From positions 1 to 38,188 of the IMG/VR virus record IMGVR_UViG_3300043414_000985: a DNA stretch of 38,188 bases. The stretch is one strand, 5' to 3'. Source of the stretch: a virus. Its lineage: Duplodnaviria > Caudoviricetes. Made by a program: the position numbers and the translations under genes. A model generated the notes under the pieces. That model was not told where the DNA came from and ran no database searches. It saw only the letters and a program-made list of their open reading frames with translations. Shown piece by piece: positions 8,133 through 18,101 of this stretch (the stretch's first letter is position 1; the number at the start of each line of letters is the position of its first letter).

Positions 8133-8186
8133 AAGCAAATTTCCCCCAGTAGCGGGAATGCTAAAAGCACTTGGCACACTAGCCAT
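7500..8186 (-). CDS. glycine-rich tail fibre or adhesin protein, paralog A
   Basis: Same length (228 aa) and colinear with 6801-7487. Confidence 0.8.
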   Translation of the reverse strand: MASVPSAFSIPATGGNLLSIQYLTSGTAATYTTPAGVNHLLVLAWGGGGQGGGDAGSVGSSAAGGGGAAGAFSQAFIANPAATYTYTVGAGGTGASAGSNPGTTGGNTTFGLITATGGSGGAGGTASASVGPGVAGGASVAASGGNFNGSSQAGQYSYYLSGVAIGGAGGSTIYGGGGTNTFESGGSTNGNAATGYGAGGSGSANNNIGSNQTGGAGSGGLILVYQYA

Positions 8187-8517
8187 TATTAACGCTCCTT
8201 TCTAAAGCTACCCGCTCTGATACTCTTTTGGCTGCCTCTTCGTTTGCTATTTTTCTCATGTGGTGGTATTTAGACGCTTGTATATCGCATTCTTTAAATC
8301 TTTGTTTTCCAATCTCTGTTCGTAAATCTATTTCCTCAGGAACATTTCCTTTTTCTACCCATCGCTTATAACGACCCCACTCACCTACTTCGGGATCCGG
8401 CCCAGAAAAAACCCAAGCCCCATCATGTACGCGCTGTACAGACATGCGCCCATCTATGCTTATTACATGGTGATAACTAAACCACGCCATATTGTCAGGA
8501 GTTCCATCTGCTAACAT
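8179..8517 (-). CDS. putative tail fibre assembly chaperone
   Basis: Directly after the long fibre; WGRYKRWVEKGNVPE resembles the YxxWxxxGNxP motif of fibre-associated small proteins. Confidence 0.5.
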   Translation of the reverse strand: MLADGTPDNMAWFSYHHVISIDGRMSVQRVHDGAWVFSGPDPEVGEWGRYKRWVEKGNVPEEIDLRTEIGKQRFKECDIQASKYHHMRKIANEEAAKRVSERVALERSVNNG

Positions 8518-8526
8518 ACTTTCTCC

Positions 8527-11500
8527 TTAAGTTATATCGTTATCATGGCTGTAAATAATGTTGTAATAAGCACTAGTTGCAGTTGCTGTATCTGGTACGA
8601 AATGAAATTGAAACCCAGTGCTATCTTTTGCTGGAACTGTTGTGGAGCTACAATCCGCAGAGTTTTTATAATCATAAACTTGAGCATTGCTATTGACGGG
8701 GTTGTAAAGCGTTAATGTACCGCCAGAATCGTACATTCCTCTGCTATAGCGCATTCCTTGGTATGCAATTTGCCCCGATGTTGCTGGAGTTTGGAATGTA
8801 GTTGAGTATATATTTCCCGCTCCTTGCGCCGGAGCAACGGTTTGATCGATATTTTTGTCATACCAATAATTGCAATCGCCAAATACTTGTTGCTGGCCAC
8901 GTCTTTGGAACAAATTAGCCGTAGACCCTATTTCTAATTGACATGCTTGTATCTGCACCCAATCATTTGTGGAAGCTGTTCCGGTTGGGGTCCACGAGAA
9001 CACGACAGAAACTTGTGTAGCAGAACTTGAGCACGCGCTTGTGGTATAAGAATATAATGTGGCAGCAGCAGAAGTCCCCAGTGCAATTGTTTGGCTTAAT
9101 ATGCTGGTGTTTCCAGTAAATGTGCTTGATATGTTAGATTTATTGGAGTTGCCGGTTCCATAAGAGACGGTAACTGTTAAGTTTCCACTCGTGGGAGAAA
9201 AGTTTGCGCCAGTCGAAACAATGAACTGTAAGGTTAAGGACTGTCCGGCAATGCCAGCACACATATCATTTGTTAAAGACGTTCCAAATTGCATCACCCC
9301 GGTGCCACTTTGCCCAGAATTTCTTTGAATACGAGCCGCAAATATCCATCCGGTAATTTGTTCTTGCGTGACAGTGGTTGCTTGAGTCGCATTTGTTAAT
9401 ATTTGCCACCTGTCTAAGCAATACTCTGTTGTGCTAGCTGGCACAGCCAGAGTTGCTGTACCTCCAAAGTTCATTGCTGTGCGCTGAAATACCTGGAAGT
9501 CTCCATTCAGGATCATGTTGTTACCCTGCACGGTAGAGACCCCAGAACTAGGAATTACTTCTCCTCTCATGTTTAGCCAAACAGCAGATGTCGTGTCTAT
9601 AGCATAGAAAAGTGGTTTATTTACTTGTCCAGCGGTTGTCGTTGGTGTTGCTGTATAAGCTCCAGCACTACTCGCGGATAGATAATATATATCTCCAGTA
9701 GTAAGACCGCTCAAGCCAGTCACAACGCCGCCAGTAAGTAATGTAAAATCGTTAGCATCTGCAACTGCGCTAACAATTCCAGCTACTTCTGCGTCCGCCG
9801 CAGTATCTGCTTTTGCTAATTGATAGGTATCTGCAGTACCAGAAGATTGGACAATATTGCCAACGCTAAATCCATGGCTAGCTTGGCTTACAGCTGTGGT
9901 GGTGCTTGAACCTCCGCCACCACCGCCGCCAGCTTGCCAAGTGGGCAGAGCACTGGCCCCATTCGATGTTAACACTTGTCCGCTTGTTCCTACTCCACTT
10001 ACGTTCTGGAATGTGCCGGTAGATGTTGTGCCAGCACAAATTACGGAATAGGCCGTGAAAGTAGTATTTCCTGTACCCCCGAGCGGAACCGTAACCGCTG
10101 TAAATCCACTTGCAAGACTGCCAGACGCTAATGCGCCCACAGCGGTTATATTTGCTTGTGTTGTAGCTGGAATCGTTGTAGAGATACTTGGCACGCCGGA
10201 ACCGGATGTAATTAATACGCCAGAGTTTGCGGTCGCCAATGCAGCCATGACGTTAGCGCTGCTTGCATACAAAATGGTGTTGGCAGCGTTAGTGGTTGGG
10301 TATGTGCTAGTAGACCAAAGTGGAGTTGTTGACGCGCCAGAAAGTAAAAGCTGATGCGCTGTAGCTGTCCCAGCAAGAATTGCACCCGCACTAGCTGTAG
10401 AATAAAATATGCCACCGTTAGACGCTGTCAAGCTTGCGCTGGTGCCGCCGTTTGCTAAAACAAGCGTTCCGGTTAAATCCATCGTTGCGCTAGAGGCGCT
10501 AGTTGTTAACCCAGTTGAGCCTCCCGATATTGTAACAGTGCTTCCTGTTGCGGATCCAGAATCCGCATCTAGAGTTGTAATTCCACCTCCGCCACCACCA
10601 TTGGCTTGCCAGGAAGGAAGGGCTCCAGGACCATTAGAAGTAAGAATGTACCCGCTTGTGCCTAAACCGCTCACATTCTGGAAAGTGCCTGTAGACGTGG
10701 TACCTGCGCAAATAACACTATAGGCGGTAAAGGTAGTATTACCCGTTCCACCATAGCCAACCGTTACGGCCGTACCATTCCAGACGCCAGAAGCAATTGT
10801 GCCGAGAGCGGTTATATTAGCTTGGGTGGTAGCGGGAATTGTCGTAGAAATAGAAGGTACGCCAGCACCAGAAGTAATAAGAACGCCGCTATTGGCTGTA
10901 GCAAGCGCTGCCATGGTGTTGGCGCTACTAGCGTAGAGCAAAGTGTTTGCAGCATTAGTAGACGGATAAGTACTAGTTGACCACGATGGTGTAGCCGTGC
11001 TCCCGGAAAGCAAAAGTTGTCCAGCTGTAGCGGTGCCAGCAAGTATATTGAGCTTACTTGCATCGGACCAAGCGATACCGCCATTGTTCGCTGTAAGTGC
11101 GTGGTTTGTTCCGCCGTAGGCCAGCGGTATAACGCTACCGTTCCAGACGCCCGTGGCAATCGTGCCGAGGGTGGTAATGCTCGCTTGCCCGACATATCCA
11201 CTGTCAATGCTAACAACCACATCGCCTGTAGTCGCGCTTACATCTATCTGCCCAGATGTTCCGCTAACACTGGTTACCAGGCCACTAGATGCAGCCCAGT
11301 GAGGAGGCATTCCTGCGCCTTGGCTTGTAAGAACATAACCGCTAGTTCCTAGCCCACTTACTGTCGTAAACGAAGAGGTTCCATTTCCTAGAACTACCGC
11401 ATTAGCTGTGACACTTGTAAGCCCTGTTCCGCCGTTAGCTGGAGGTATAGTTCCTGTTAAAGCTATTCCTATTGTTCCACTGGTAGTTACAGGACTATTT

Positions 11501-11778
11501 GTAATTGTAAAAAGTGAAAGACCGTCTGTTTCTGATAAGCCAACACTACTTACAGTTCCACTCCCTGCTATCTCTGCATCCACATATTGCTTTGTAGCAG
11601 CTCCAAGCGCAGTAACAGGGTTAGCATTTAATATTAAATAACCTGTCATTGTGCCGCCAGCGAGCGGAACTGGTACGGTGTAATTTGTTAAAACATCCAA
11701 GCCGCCGCGAAGCGTTACCATTTGGTCGCCAGTAACACCAATGCCAACATTGTTAAGTTGGCTAAACTTTGTAGTCAT
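8527..11778 (-). CDS. long tail fibre protein with internal duplication
   Basis: 1083 aa, G/S/T/A-rich; ATKQYVD, GGTG and GQVLTSNG..PxW repeats; C-terminal NGDFQVFQR...QLEIGS domain. Confidence 0.85.
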   Translation of the reverse strand: MTTKFSQLNNVGIGVTGDQMVTLRGGLDVLTNYTVPVPLAGGTMTGYLILNANPVTALGAATKQYVDAEIAGSGTVSSVGLSETDGLSLFTITNSPVTTSGTIGIALTGTIPPANGGTGLTSVTANAVVLGNGTSSFTTVSGLGTSGYVLTSQGAGMPPHWAASSGLVTSVSGTSGQIDVSATTGDVVVSIDSGYVGQASITTLGTIATGVWNGSVIPLAYGGTNHALTANNGGIAWSDASKLNILAGTATAGQLLLSGSTATPSWSTSTYPSTNAANTLLYASSANTMAALATANSGVLITSGAGVPSISTTIPATTQANITALGTIASGVWNGTAVTVGYGGTGNTTFTAYSVICAGTTSTGTFQNVSGLGTSGYILTSNGPGALPSWQANGGGGGGITTLDADSGSATGSTVTISGGSTGLTTSASSATMDLTGTLVLANGGTSASLTASNGGIFYSTASAGAILAGTATAHQLLLSGASTTPLWSTSTYPTTNAANTILYASSANVMAALATANSGVLITSGSGVPSISTTIPATTQANITAVGALASGSLASGFTAVTVPLGGTGNTTFTAYSVICAGTTSTGTFQNVSGVGTSGQVLTSNGASALPTWQAGGGGGGGSSTTTAVSQASHGFSVGNIVQSSGTADTYQLAKADTAADAEVAGIVSAVADANDFTLLTGGVVTGLSGLTTGDIYYLSASSAGAYTATPTTTAGQVNKPLFYAIDTTSAVWLNMRGEVIPSSGVSTVQGNNMILNGDFQVFQRTAMNFGGTATLAVPASTTEYCLDRWQILTNATQATTVTQEQITGWIFAARIQRNSGQSGTGVMQFGTSLTNDMCAGIAGQSLTLQFIVSTGANFSPTSGNLTVTVSYGTGNSNKSNISSTFTGNTSILSQTIALGTSAAATLYSYTTSACSSSATQVSVVFSWTPTGTASTNDWVQIQACQLEIGSTANLFQRRGQQQVFGDCNYWYDKNIDQTVAPAQGAGNIYSTTFQTPATSGQIAYQGMRYSRGMYDSGGTLTLYNPVNSNAQVYDYKNSADCSSTTVPAKDSTGFQFHFVPDTATATSAYYNIIYSHDNDIT

Positions 11779-11792
11779 CCTTGACCTCTTTA

Positions 11793-12170
11793 TTAGCCTG
11801 TGTAGCTATAAAAACTAACCGTAACGCTAACGCTGCTAGCAGCAGTAATAAAACTAAGTGTATCGCCAGTTTTTACAATAAGACCTTTTGGATTTTGCAT
11901 ACTTGTGCTAGAAGCAAAAGAACTACCACCAGGAATGGCTGCTGTGCCATTGTTGCAAACAAATACATCCTCATTTGCAGTATAGGTAAAAATTGCAACA
12001 TATTGGTTGTTTACGGTAGAGCTAGAAAGGCCTATACCACCAGTCGCAGGAACCGCTAATGCTGTTGCAGAACTTGCGCTCAAAGTAACAGAGTAATTGC
12101 TGTCACAAAATAGCAACCCAAAACCATTAACACCACCTAAAAATTTCTGCACATTATAAATAGTTGCCAT
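11793..12170 (-). CDS. small virion structural protein
   Basis: 125 aa, beta-rich, between fibre genes; AAGGA RBS. Confidence 0.6.
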   Translation of the reverse strand: MATIYNVQKFLGGVNGFGLLFCDSNYSVTLSASSATALAVPATGGIGLSSSTVNNQYVAIFTYTANEDVFVCNNGTAAIPGGSSFASSTSMQNPKGLIVKTGDTLSFITAASSVSVTVSFYSYTG

Positions 12171-12195
12171 TTTGTAAATCCTTTTACAAAGTTAA

Positions 12196-14358
12196 TTATT
12201 GTCCTATTCTTGCGTCCACACCAAAGTGCACCCCTAGCACATGTGTAATAACAGTAGAACTGTTTACTCCTTGGGCAAAAACATAAAATCCATTTTGACT
12301 AACATTTGACACACCTAAAGGTGTAGTTAGGTCTGCACTTGCGGTTTCGTCGTAAACATTTGCTGTAGCAGCACCAGGGGAATAAGTAGTTACAGTAGTT
12401 GGAATTGCATACATTGTTGTCGGAAATGGAATTGCTGGTGAAAGCTCTGGGCCAGAATTTGCTACGGTCGCTAAATAAGTATACTCACCACTTCCTGTTC
12501 CAAGCGCTTGTTTTGGCAATTGCTTTGGAGCAAATGTACTCCAGTAATATCTTTGACACGACTTTATGGTTTCGTCCACCGTCTTTGGCGCTGGAACAGT
12601 TGGTATATCTCCGTCTTGACAACTAATAGATTGCCACACTATGTAAGAATTTTGTGTCAACTCTGCGGTACCCACGACTATCGCAAAAAATGTAGCACTA
12701 TTAATATCGGCAAGCCCCTGCATATCCCACCCACTAAGCGGGTATTGGTTAAAGCTAGCATTTGCACTTGTGCCAATAGTTAATTGCGCACCATTAAGCC
12801 CAGCACCAGTTCCTAGCCCACTTCTTGGAACAGGTACCCAAGTAGAATTCTGTGTTGCTGGATAACCATTCGCGTCTAATGTAGCAACAATAGAATTATT
12901 GCTCCCTACTGTTGAGGGAAGCGTGTTGCCGCCAGATACCTTTATATACCAAAGACTAACCGTAGCTCCTGTAGCAACACTTGCATTTGCGCTAATATTT
13001 ACGCACTTTCTTCGGGATAGCATTTCTATAGCTTGAGGAGCAGGAATATATTGTATTAATGCTAGCTGCGTTCCACCCGATGGCGCAGATAATGTTTTTA
13101 GACCGCCAGTAGCATCCCTAGTAATTGTTACGCCACTATTAGCGGTTTGGAATATAATGGTTTGATCCCAAGCGTAATAACTTTTGTTTGCACCTACAGA
13201 CTGCGCAACAATAGTGGACCAAACGGTTTGGCTTGGCGTAGGAAATTGTGCTGGATTTAAAGGAAAGTCCCAGCCTACCAAATAACTTGGGATAGGCTTA
13301 AATTCTAGCTTAGGCTTGTAATAGTGAAATAGAAAATCTGTTTGTCTCGCGACTGTGTCTTGTGCATAAGCTATTTGCACATTGTTATTGACACCAACTA
13401 CCTGTACATTACTAAAAGTAGTTGTTCCAGTGACTGGAATATTAATAACTATGTTTACAGAACCTGTTGCACCAGTATCGCCGCTAGTAGGCGCAGGAAG
13501 CTGCACAACACTTGTAAACTCAAACGGCTTACCTTCCGTATTGTTGTTTGTAGCTGGCAGCAAAACCGTAGGAGCTCCCGAAGAAGGAACATAGCTAATA
13601 CCATTTATAGCGGTTAAATTGTCTAAGGTAATATTAGTAGCAACCCACCCATTTAGCCCAAGAGTATTAGGAGCCCATATGGCCGGGTCATTGCTAATTG
13701 TTTGCGTCAATGTAAGCGATCCTACATTAGTTCCAGCAACAATACTTAAACTAAATGGTGCATTATTTGGCCATTGCGCAGAACCAGCAATTGCATTTTG
13801 CGCAACAGTAACTGTACCTGTACCACCATACCCAACAACCAACGTCCATCCCGGAGCTATATTAACTGTGGTTGTTCCGGTTCCAGTAAAGGAAATAGTT
13901 AATCCTGTAGCCACATCAAACAATACATTAGAAAATTGGGAGTTGCTAATTTGATTTGAAAAGTTAGAGTTTTCTAGAGGCTCTACTTCTTCGAAAGTAA
14001 CATTTGGCCAAGCTTCCCTTGTAAATTGCTCTACACCATCCGCGTTAAATACAGCAATATAATATAATTGTAAGTTAGCGTCAGCGTTAAAACTGTCGTA
14101 AGGGAAATAATATACAGCAATGTTATTGCCCGCGGCATCTTGGAAATTACCTGTATTTGACAGAACAATTGGATTAGGTAGTGCTGTGTATGTGTAGTTA
14201 GGAGGAGATCCACTTAACTCGTACGCTAGTTTTGGTGTAGTGCGAGAAGAATCTTGCCATAATTGCACATAGCCATTGGCAAGAGGCTCTCCACTATCTT
14301 TGTCGAACAGTGTTTCGCATAAATCTATTGCGACTACATATCTAGGATCTAATGCCAT
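12196..14358 (-). CDS. tailspike or receptor-binding protein
   Basis: N-terminal DKDSGEPLANGYV...TTPKLAY resembles head-binding anchors of P22-like spikes; C-terminal CQRYY domain; follows the ejection genes. Confidence 0.7.
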   Translation of the reverse strand: MALDPRYVVAIDLCETLFDKDSGEPLANGYVQLWQDSSRTTPKLAYELSGSPPNYTYTALPNPIVLSNTGNFQDAAGNNIAVYYFPYDSFNADANLQLYYIAVFNADGVEQFTREAWPNVTFEEVEPLENSNFSNQISNSQFSNVLFDVATGLTISFTGTGTTTVNIAPGWTLVVGYGGTGTVTVAQNAIAGSAQWPNNAPFSLSIVAGTNVGSLTLTQTISNDPAIWAPNTLGLNGWVATNITLDNLTAINGISYVPSSGAPTVLLPATNNNTEGKPFEFTSVVQLPAPTSGDTGATGSVNIVINIPVTGTTTFSNVQVVGVNNNVQIAYAQDTVARQTDFLFHYYKPKLEFKPIPSYLVGWDFPLNPAQFPTPSQTVWSTIVAQSVGANKSYYAWDQTIIFQTANSGVTITRDATGGLKTLSAPSGGTQLALIQYIPAPQAIEMLSRRKCVNISANASVATGATVSLWYIKVSGGNTLPSTVGSNNSIVATLDANGYPATQNSTWVPVPRSGLGTGAGLNGAQLTIGTSANASFNQYPLSGWDMQGLADINSATFFAIVVGTAELTQNSYIVWQSISCQDGDIPTVPAPKTVDETIKSCQRYYWSTFAPKQLPKQALGTGSGEYTYLATVANSGPELSPAIPFPTTMYAIPTTVTTYSPGAATANVYDETASADLTTPLGVSNVSQNGFYVFAQGVNSSTVITHVLGVHFGVDARIGQ

Positions 14359-14369
14359 TAGAAATATCC

Positions 14370-15509
14370 TTATTTCTTAAATGCGCTGTGAAAATGAGAG
14401 AGCGCTGTGCCTCCTGTCGCCCCAGCTATGGCCGCCAAAGCACCCCACTTAGCGCCTGACTTTCCTTTTTCTCTAAGTGCTGCCATTAAGTCATTAACGC
14501 CATACTCTGGAAACTGGTCTCCAAAAGCATGTTTAAATTCTTTATTGTTTTTAAGCGCATTAGATAGGTCGGCAGAACTTATCTTACCTGCCCTATGTTT
14601 TTTTATTGCTGAAAGATTTTCAAATGGCGCAACATCTTTTCTATATCCAGCGCTTAATTTGCTATATCTTCCAGCTAGTTCTGGATTAGCACTTATTTGA
14701 TCTTCTATGCCTTGCTTTAGTTGTGACCTAAGATTTTGTGCGTCTTTAATTGCTTTAAGTTTTGACGGGGGAAGGTCTGCTCTTTTTTCGTATTTGCGAA
14801 CAAAGTTACCAAGTTCACTTTGTGCCCAATGTGCGTTTTCTAAAGTAGGATTATCTAAATATTTACGCAAATACTCGTGGTAGTGTTTAGTGGTATGCTT
14901 AATAATATTATCAGCTCCTACGGGGGGCACTACCACATGGTGTACACCATTTTTTGTGGCTTCTTTAAACAAGTCTCCATAATGCCCTTTGTATGCTTCC
15001 TTGGCTTTCTGTGCAGAGCCTGCAATCTTTTCGCCAATAGCATGCTTAGTAGCACCTAAAGAAGGCCCCAATGCCGCACCCAAGGCTGTAGATAGCCCCC
15101 TGTCTCCCTCAGAATCTTCACCTGTTAAATATCCTGCTGCAGCACTTCTACCAGCATCCGATGCTATTCCCGCTAATCCGGCAGGACGGCGCAAAGCATT
15201 TAAAGCTTTAAGAGCTTTAAAGGCCGCGCCACCTGGACCCAAAAAACTTCCAGCAAAATGCCCTATGTCGGTGCTTAAACCTGGTTCTAAATACTGCTTA
15301 AGATCTATATGTGGCACAGGCCCTGGACCTTCTCTTCCTAGCGCGTGGAATGGAGCATTTAAAACGGATGCGCCCATATTAATTAAACCTTCTGCCGCGC
15401 CAGAACCGACACCTTTTCCAAGTTTTTTAAGTGCACTAATAAAACTATTTCGATCTTCGTCATAGTCTTCTGGGTTAATATCATTGTCTTCAAATAAGTT
15501 TCTAGCCAT
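14370..15509 (-). CDS. DNA ejection/internal virion protein (gp16 position)
   Basis: Gly/Ala-rich hydrophobic N-terminal helices, helical body; synteny. Confidence 0.6.
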   Translation of the reverse strand: MARNLFEDNDINPEDYDEDRNSFISALKKLGKGVGSGAAEGLINMGASVLNAPFHALGREGPGPVPHIDLKQYLEPGLSTDIGHFAGSFLGPGGAAFKALKALNALRRPAGLAGIASDAGRSAAAGYLTGEDSEGDRGLSTALGAALGPSLGATKHAIGEKIAGSAQKAKEAYKGHYGDLFKEATKNGVHHVVVPPVGADNIIKHTTKHYHEYLRKYLDNPTLENAHWAQSELGNFVRKYEKRADLPPSKLKAIKDAQNLRSQLKQGIEDQISANPELAGRYSKLSAGYRKDVAPFENLSAIKKHRAGKISSADLSNALKNNKEFKHAFGDQFPEYGVNDLMAALREKGKSGAKWGALAAIAGATGGTALSHFHSAFKK

Positions 15510-17344
15510 TATTTGCGACTCACTATTTCTATAACTTTATCAATACTTAAACCACTCTCTCTTGCGGTTTTTTCTACGTCTTCCATGGTAAATTCTTTAC
15601 CTTTAAGGTCCTTCATTACGGTATCTTCTGCTTTTTGTTGCACTTCTTTGCTTTTGGCAAGTGGGATAAATGCACCACTAGCATCTAGTTTGGAATGCGC
15701 TTCTTCACCAGCCTTATTCAATACCTCTAATGCATCTCCATGTGCCCCAGCAACTTTAGCTTGGATTGACTGTGGCAACTTGGCTATTATTGCAGAAGTA
15801 AACCACGGCCACCCCTGTTGTAATGCTTTCTGCTGTTCTTCTTGAGAATATTTCCCTTGGTTTTGTCGTTGAGATTGCACTTGATGTGCCGCTATTTCTG
15901 GCACCAATATTTTTGCAACAGCAAATCTTGTTAGGCGATCTTCAAGAATAGCCTTCCTTTTTGGACTTGTTCTAGGGTTGTTATATTCATCAACATCATT
16001 ATCGGCTCTATTACTACCACCCCAACCCAAATACTCATCAGGAATATTGTAACGAGCTAGCGCTACTTTTCTTATTTCGTTAGAGATTGTAGCTTTTGTT
16101 TCCATCGTCCTAATAGCTGCAGTTTTTTGAGCATCTTTTCCTTTGCTTTCTTTGTTTATAGCATCGTCAAAAGTTTTAACTTCTGCAGAGTCTTTACCTT
16201 TTTGCAGAACAGCGTCATCTCTTTCGCGCATAAGTTTTTGTAGTTTAGACTCTGTAGGTAAACGTAGCCTTTCAGAATCTCTAACTGCCTTCAATGTCTG
16301 AGCTTCTTTGGCAGCTAAGTCTATTGGAAATCTCTCTTTTTGTTGCCTGTTCTCTTCTTTTTGCCAAGCATTAGCAAGTCTAGTGGCCTGCTCTTTCAGA
16401 GGATCGTTTTTCTTTGCGGATTTAAGCGCTTGTTCCTTTGTCTTGTTCTCTAGTTTTGCACCCTTTATCTTTTCTGGATTTTCTTCTTTACTAAATCTAA
16501 GATTTTCTTCAGCTTGTTTTGCAGCAGTATTTTGTTGTTTTGTAACAGAAGGATTGGTTTCTTTGTTAAACCTATTGGTTTCTTCAAGGCCTTGGTTTTG
16601 CAATAATAATTGTTTAACAATTTCTGGATTTGTTTGTATAAGATGTTTAAGGTTTTCCATTGCTGTTTTGTTTGCTAATTGTTGTCCTTGCTCCTGTAAT
16701 GGCCACTGTCTAAGCATGTGGTTAGTTTGCTCTTCATTCCACCTATTGGTTTGGTACTGTCCTTCTCTAGAAAGTGGATCGCTCAGCGCTCTATGGTTAT
16801 ATTCTTGCTCTAGCGCATTATTTTGTCTTTGTTGTTGTGTTAATGCACCAGGATGTAATTCTTTTTGTTGTTCTCGTAATTGTTTATTATAGGCAATTCT
16901 TTCCATATGTTCTTGTATAGTGAGATCTTTCTCATCCTTTAAGAATAGATTACGCATTCTTTTGTCATAATTGTTTAGCTCGCCCTCATCAATAATCTGT
17001 GGGTTTCTTTGTTCGTTAAAACCATGTGATTGTTTGCTTAACATATTTTGCAACACTAATTGTTGCAGGTTTAGTGGGTGCTGTTCTGCGCTTTGCTGGA
17101 TATTTTGAGCCGTTTGTTGGTTACCAAGGTTAAGCCCATATAGATTTGCGTTCTCTACTTCTGGAGCCACTCTAGCTTTTTCCCCATAGATTTTATTTAT
17201 AAAATCTTGGTATTGTTCTTGTTGGCGTATTTTCTTTGGTTCGCGCGCGTTCTTATACCCTTGCAACACATTGGAAAATATATTGGAAAAACCAGAGTAA
17301 TCTGTTCCTTGCTGTGTAGGAAAATCTATTCTGTTTAACCCCAT
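15509..17344 (-). CDS. DNA ejection protein (gp20 position) with 25-aa coiled-coil repeats
   Basis: Q/E/N/K-rich helical protein with Pro every 25 residues; synteny. Confidence 0.65.
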   Translation of the reverse strand: MGLNRIDFPTQQGTDYSGFSNIFSNVLQGYKNAREPKKIRQQEQYQDFINKIYGEKARVAPEVENANLYGLNLGNQQTAQNIQQSAEQHPLNLQQLVLQNMLSKQSHGFNEQRNPQIIDEGELNNYDKRMRNLFLKDEKDLTIQEHMERIAYNKQLREQQKELHPGALTQQQRQNNALEQEYNHRALSDPLSREGQYQTNRWNEEQTNHMLRQWPLQEQGQQLANKTAMENLKHLIQTNPEIVKQLLLQNQGLEETNRFNKETNPSVTKQQNTAAKQAEENLRFSKEENPEKIKGAKLENKTKEQALKSAKKNDPLKEQATRLANAWQKEENRQQKERFPIDLAAKEAQTLKAVRDSERLRLPTESKLQKLMRERDDAVLQKGKDSAEVKTFDDAINKESKGKDAQKTAAIRTMETKATISNEIRKVALARYNIPDEYLGWGGSNRADNDVDEYNNPRTSPKRKAILEDRLTRFAVAKILVPEIAAHQVQSQRQNQGKYSQEEQQKALQQGWPWFTSAIIAKLPQSIQAKVAGAHGDALEVLNKAGEEAHSKLDASGAFIPLAKSKEVQQKAEDTVMKDLKGKEFTMEDVEKTARESGLSIDKVIEIVSRK

Positions 17345-18090
17345 GATGGGAACCCCTCAAACTTTCCGCCTTTTCCAAAAGCTTCGCCAGGCCCAGAATT
17401 GCCAAAATATGTTCCTGCACCTTGTCCAATAAAGTTAAGCAAAGCATTCTTTTTGTTTGCTTGGCTTTGGTTTTGTCCATATTGCCCTTGGTAGGAAAGG
17501 TTTGCTTGATTGCCAAGACTATTACCCAAATAGTCTGCAAGCCCAGTAGAGGCACCATAGCCTAAGTTTTGTTGCTGTTGAGCGCCTTGTAGGCCTTGTC
17601 CGTATAAGCCTAGAACATTATTAAGGAAAGATTGCATGTCACCACTTAGAAGCTGTTGGATAAGCTGTCCTTGCTGCATCTGGTCATTCTCTGTCCCAGC
17701 ATAACCGCCTTGCGCAGCAGTGTTGCCAAGGTGTTTCCCTAGTTGTTCTTTTTGGAAGTTGTAGCCTTCGCTTGGTTGATAGCCACGCATAAGAGCGTTT
17801 AAAAAAGAAGTTGGGTCTTGCATTAGTTGGCCGTATTGGCCTTCTAGCGCTTGTCCTTGGCGCTGTCCTTGGTCTATAAAAGGCTGGTAGTTTTGACGAC
17901 CAATGCCCGCTACTTGGTCCAGGTAAGGCATTGCGGCGCTTGCTGGGTTACGCTGGCTGCCACCTAATGCGCCGCCTTTTCCGCCTAATGCTCCGCCAAG
18001 AGCGCCACCAACAGCGCCGCCCACTGGGCCGCCAAAATAACTACCTATTGCTGTTCCTGCTATGGGCAATGCTTTGCTAAAAAAAGACAT
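17335..18090 (-). CDS. DNA ejection protein (P22 gp7-like)
   Basis: Gly-rich N-terminus GTAIGSYFGGPVGGAVGG; QPF..QG, PSEGYNFQ..Q, NTAAQGG pattern. Confidence 0.7.
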   Translation of the reverse strand: MSFFSKALPIAGTAIGSYFGGPVGGAVGGALGGALGGKGGALGGSQRNPASAAMPYLDQVAGIGRQNYQPFIDQGQRQGQALEGQYGQLMQDPTSFLNALMRGYQPSEGYNFQKEQLGKHLGNTAAQGGYAGTENDQMQQGQLIQQLLSGDMQSFLNNVLGLYGQGLQGAQQQQNLGYGASTGLADYLGNSLGNQANLSYQGQYGQNQSQANKKNALLNFIGQGAGTYFGNSGPGEAFGKGGKFEGFPSWG

Positions 18091-18101
18091 TCCTTTGTCT
18101 C

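Noticed and set aside
6801-8186. Diversity-generating retroelement TR/VR pair or shufflon
   Set aside because: The shared tract has no mismatches (no adenine-specific variation), both copies are full genes in direct orientation, and no reverse transcriptase or invertase is in the window.
14407-16892. Long + strand ORFs (14989-15465, 16308-16892 and others) opposite structural genes
   Set aside because: Antisense shadows of biased coding sequence; no RBS and implausible composition. The same applies to + strand ORFs across 5988-13954 and 19079-28340.
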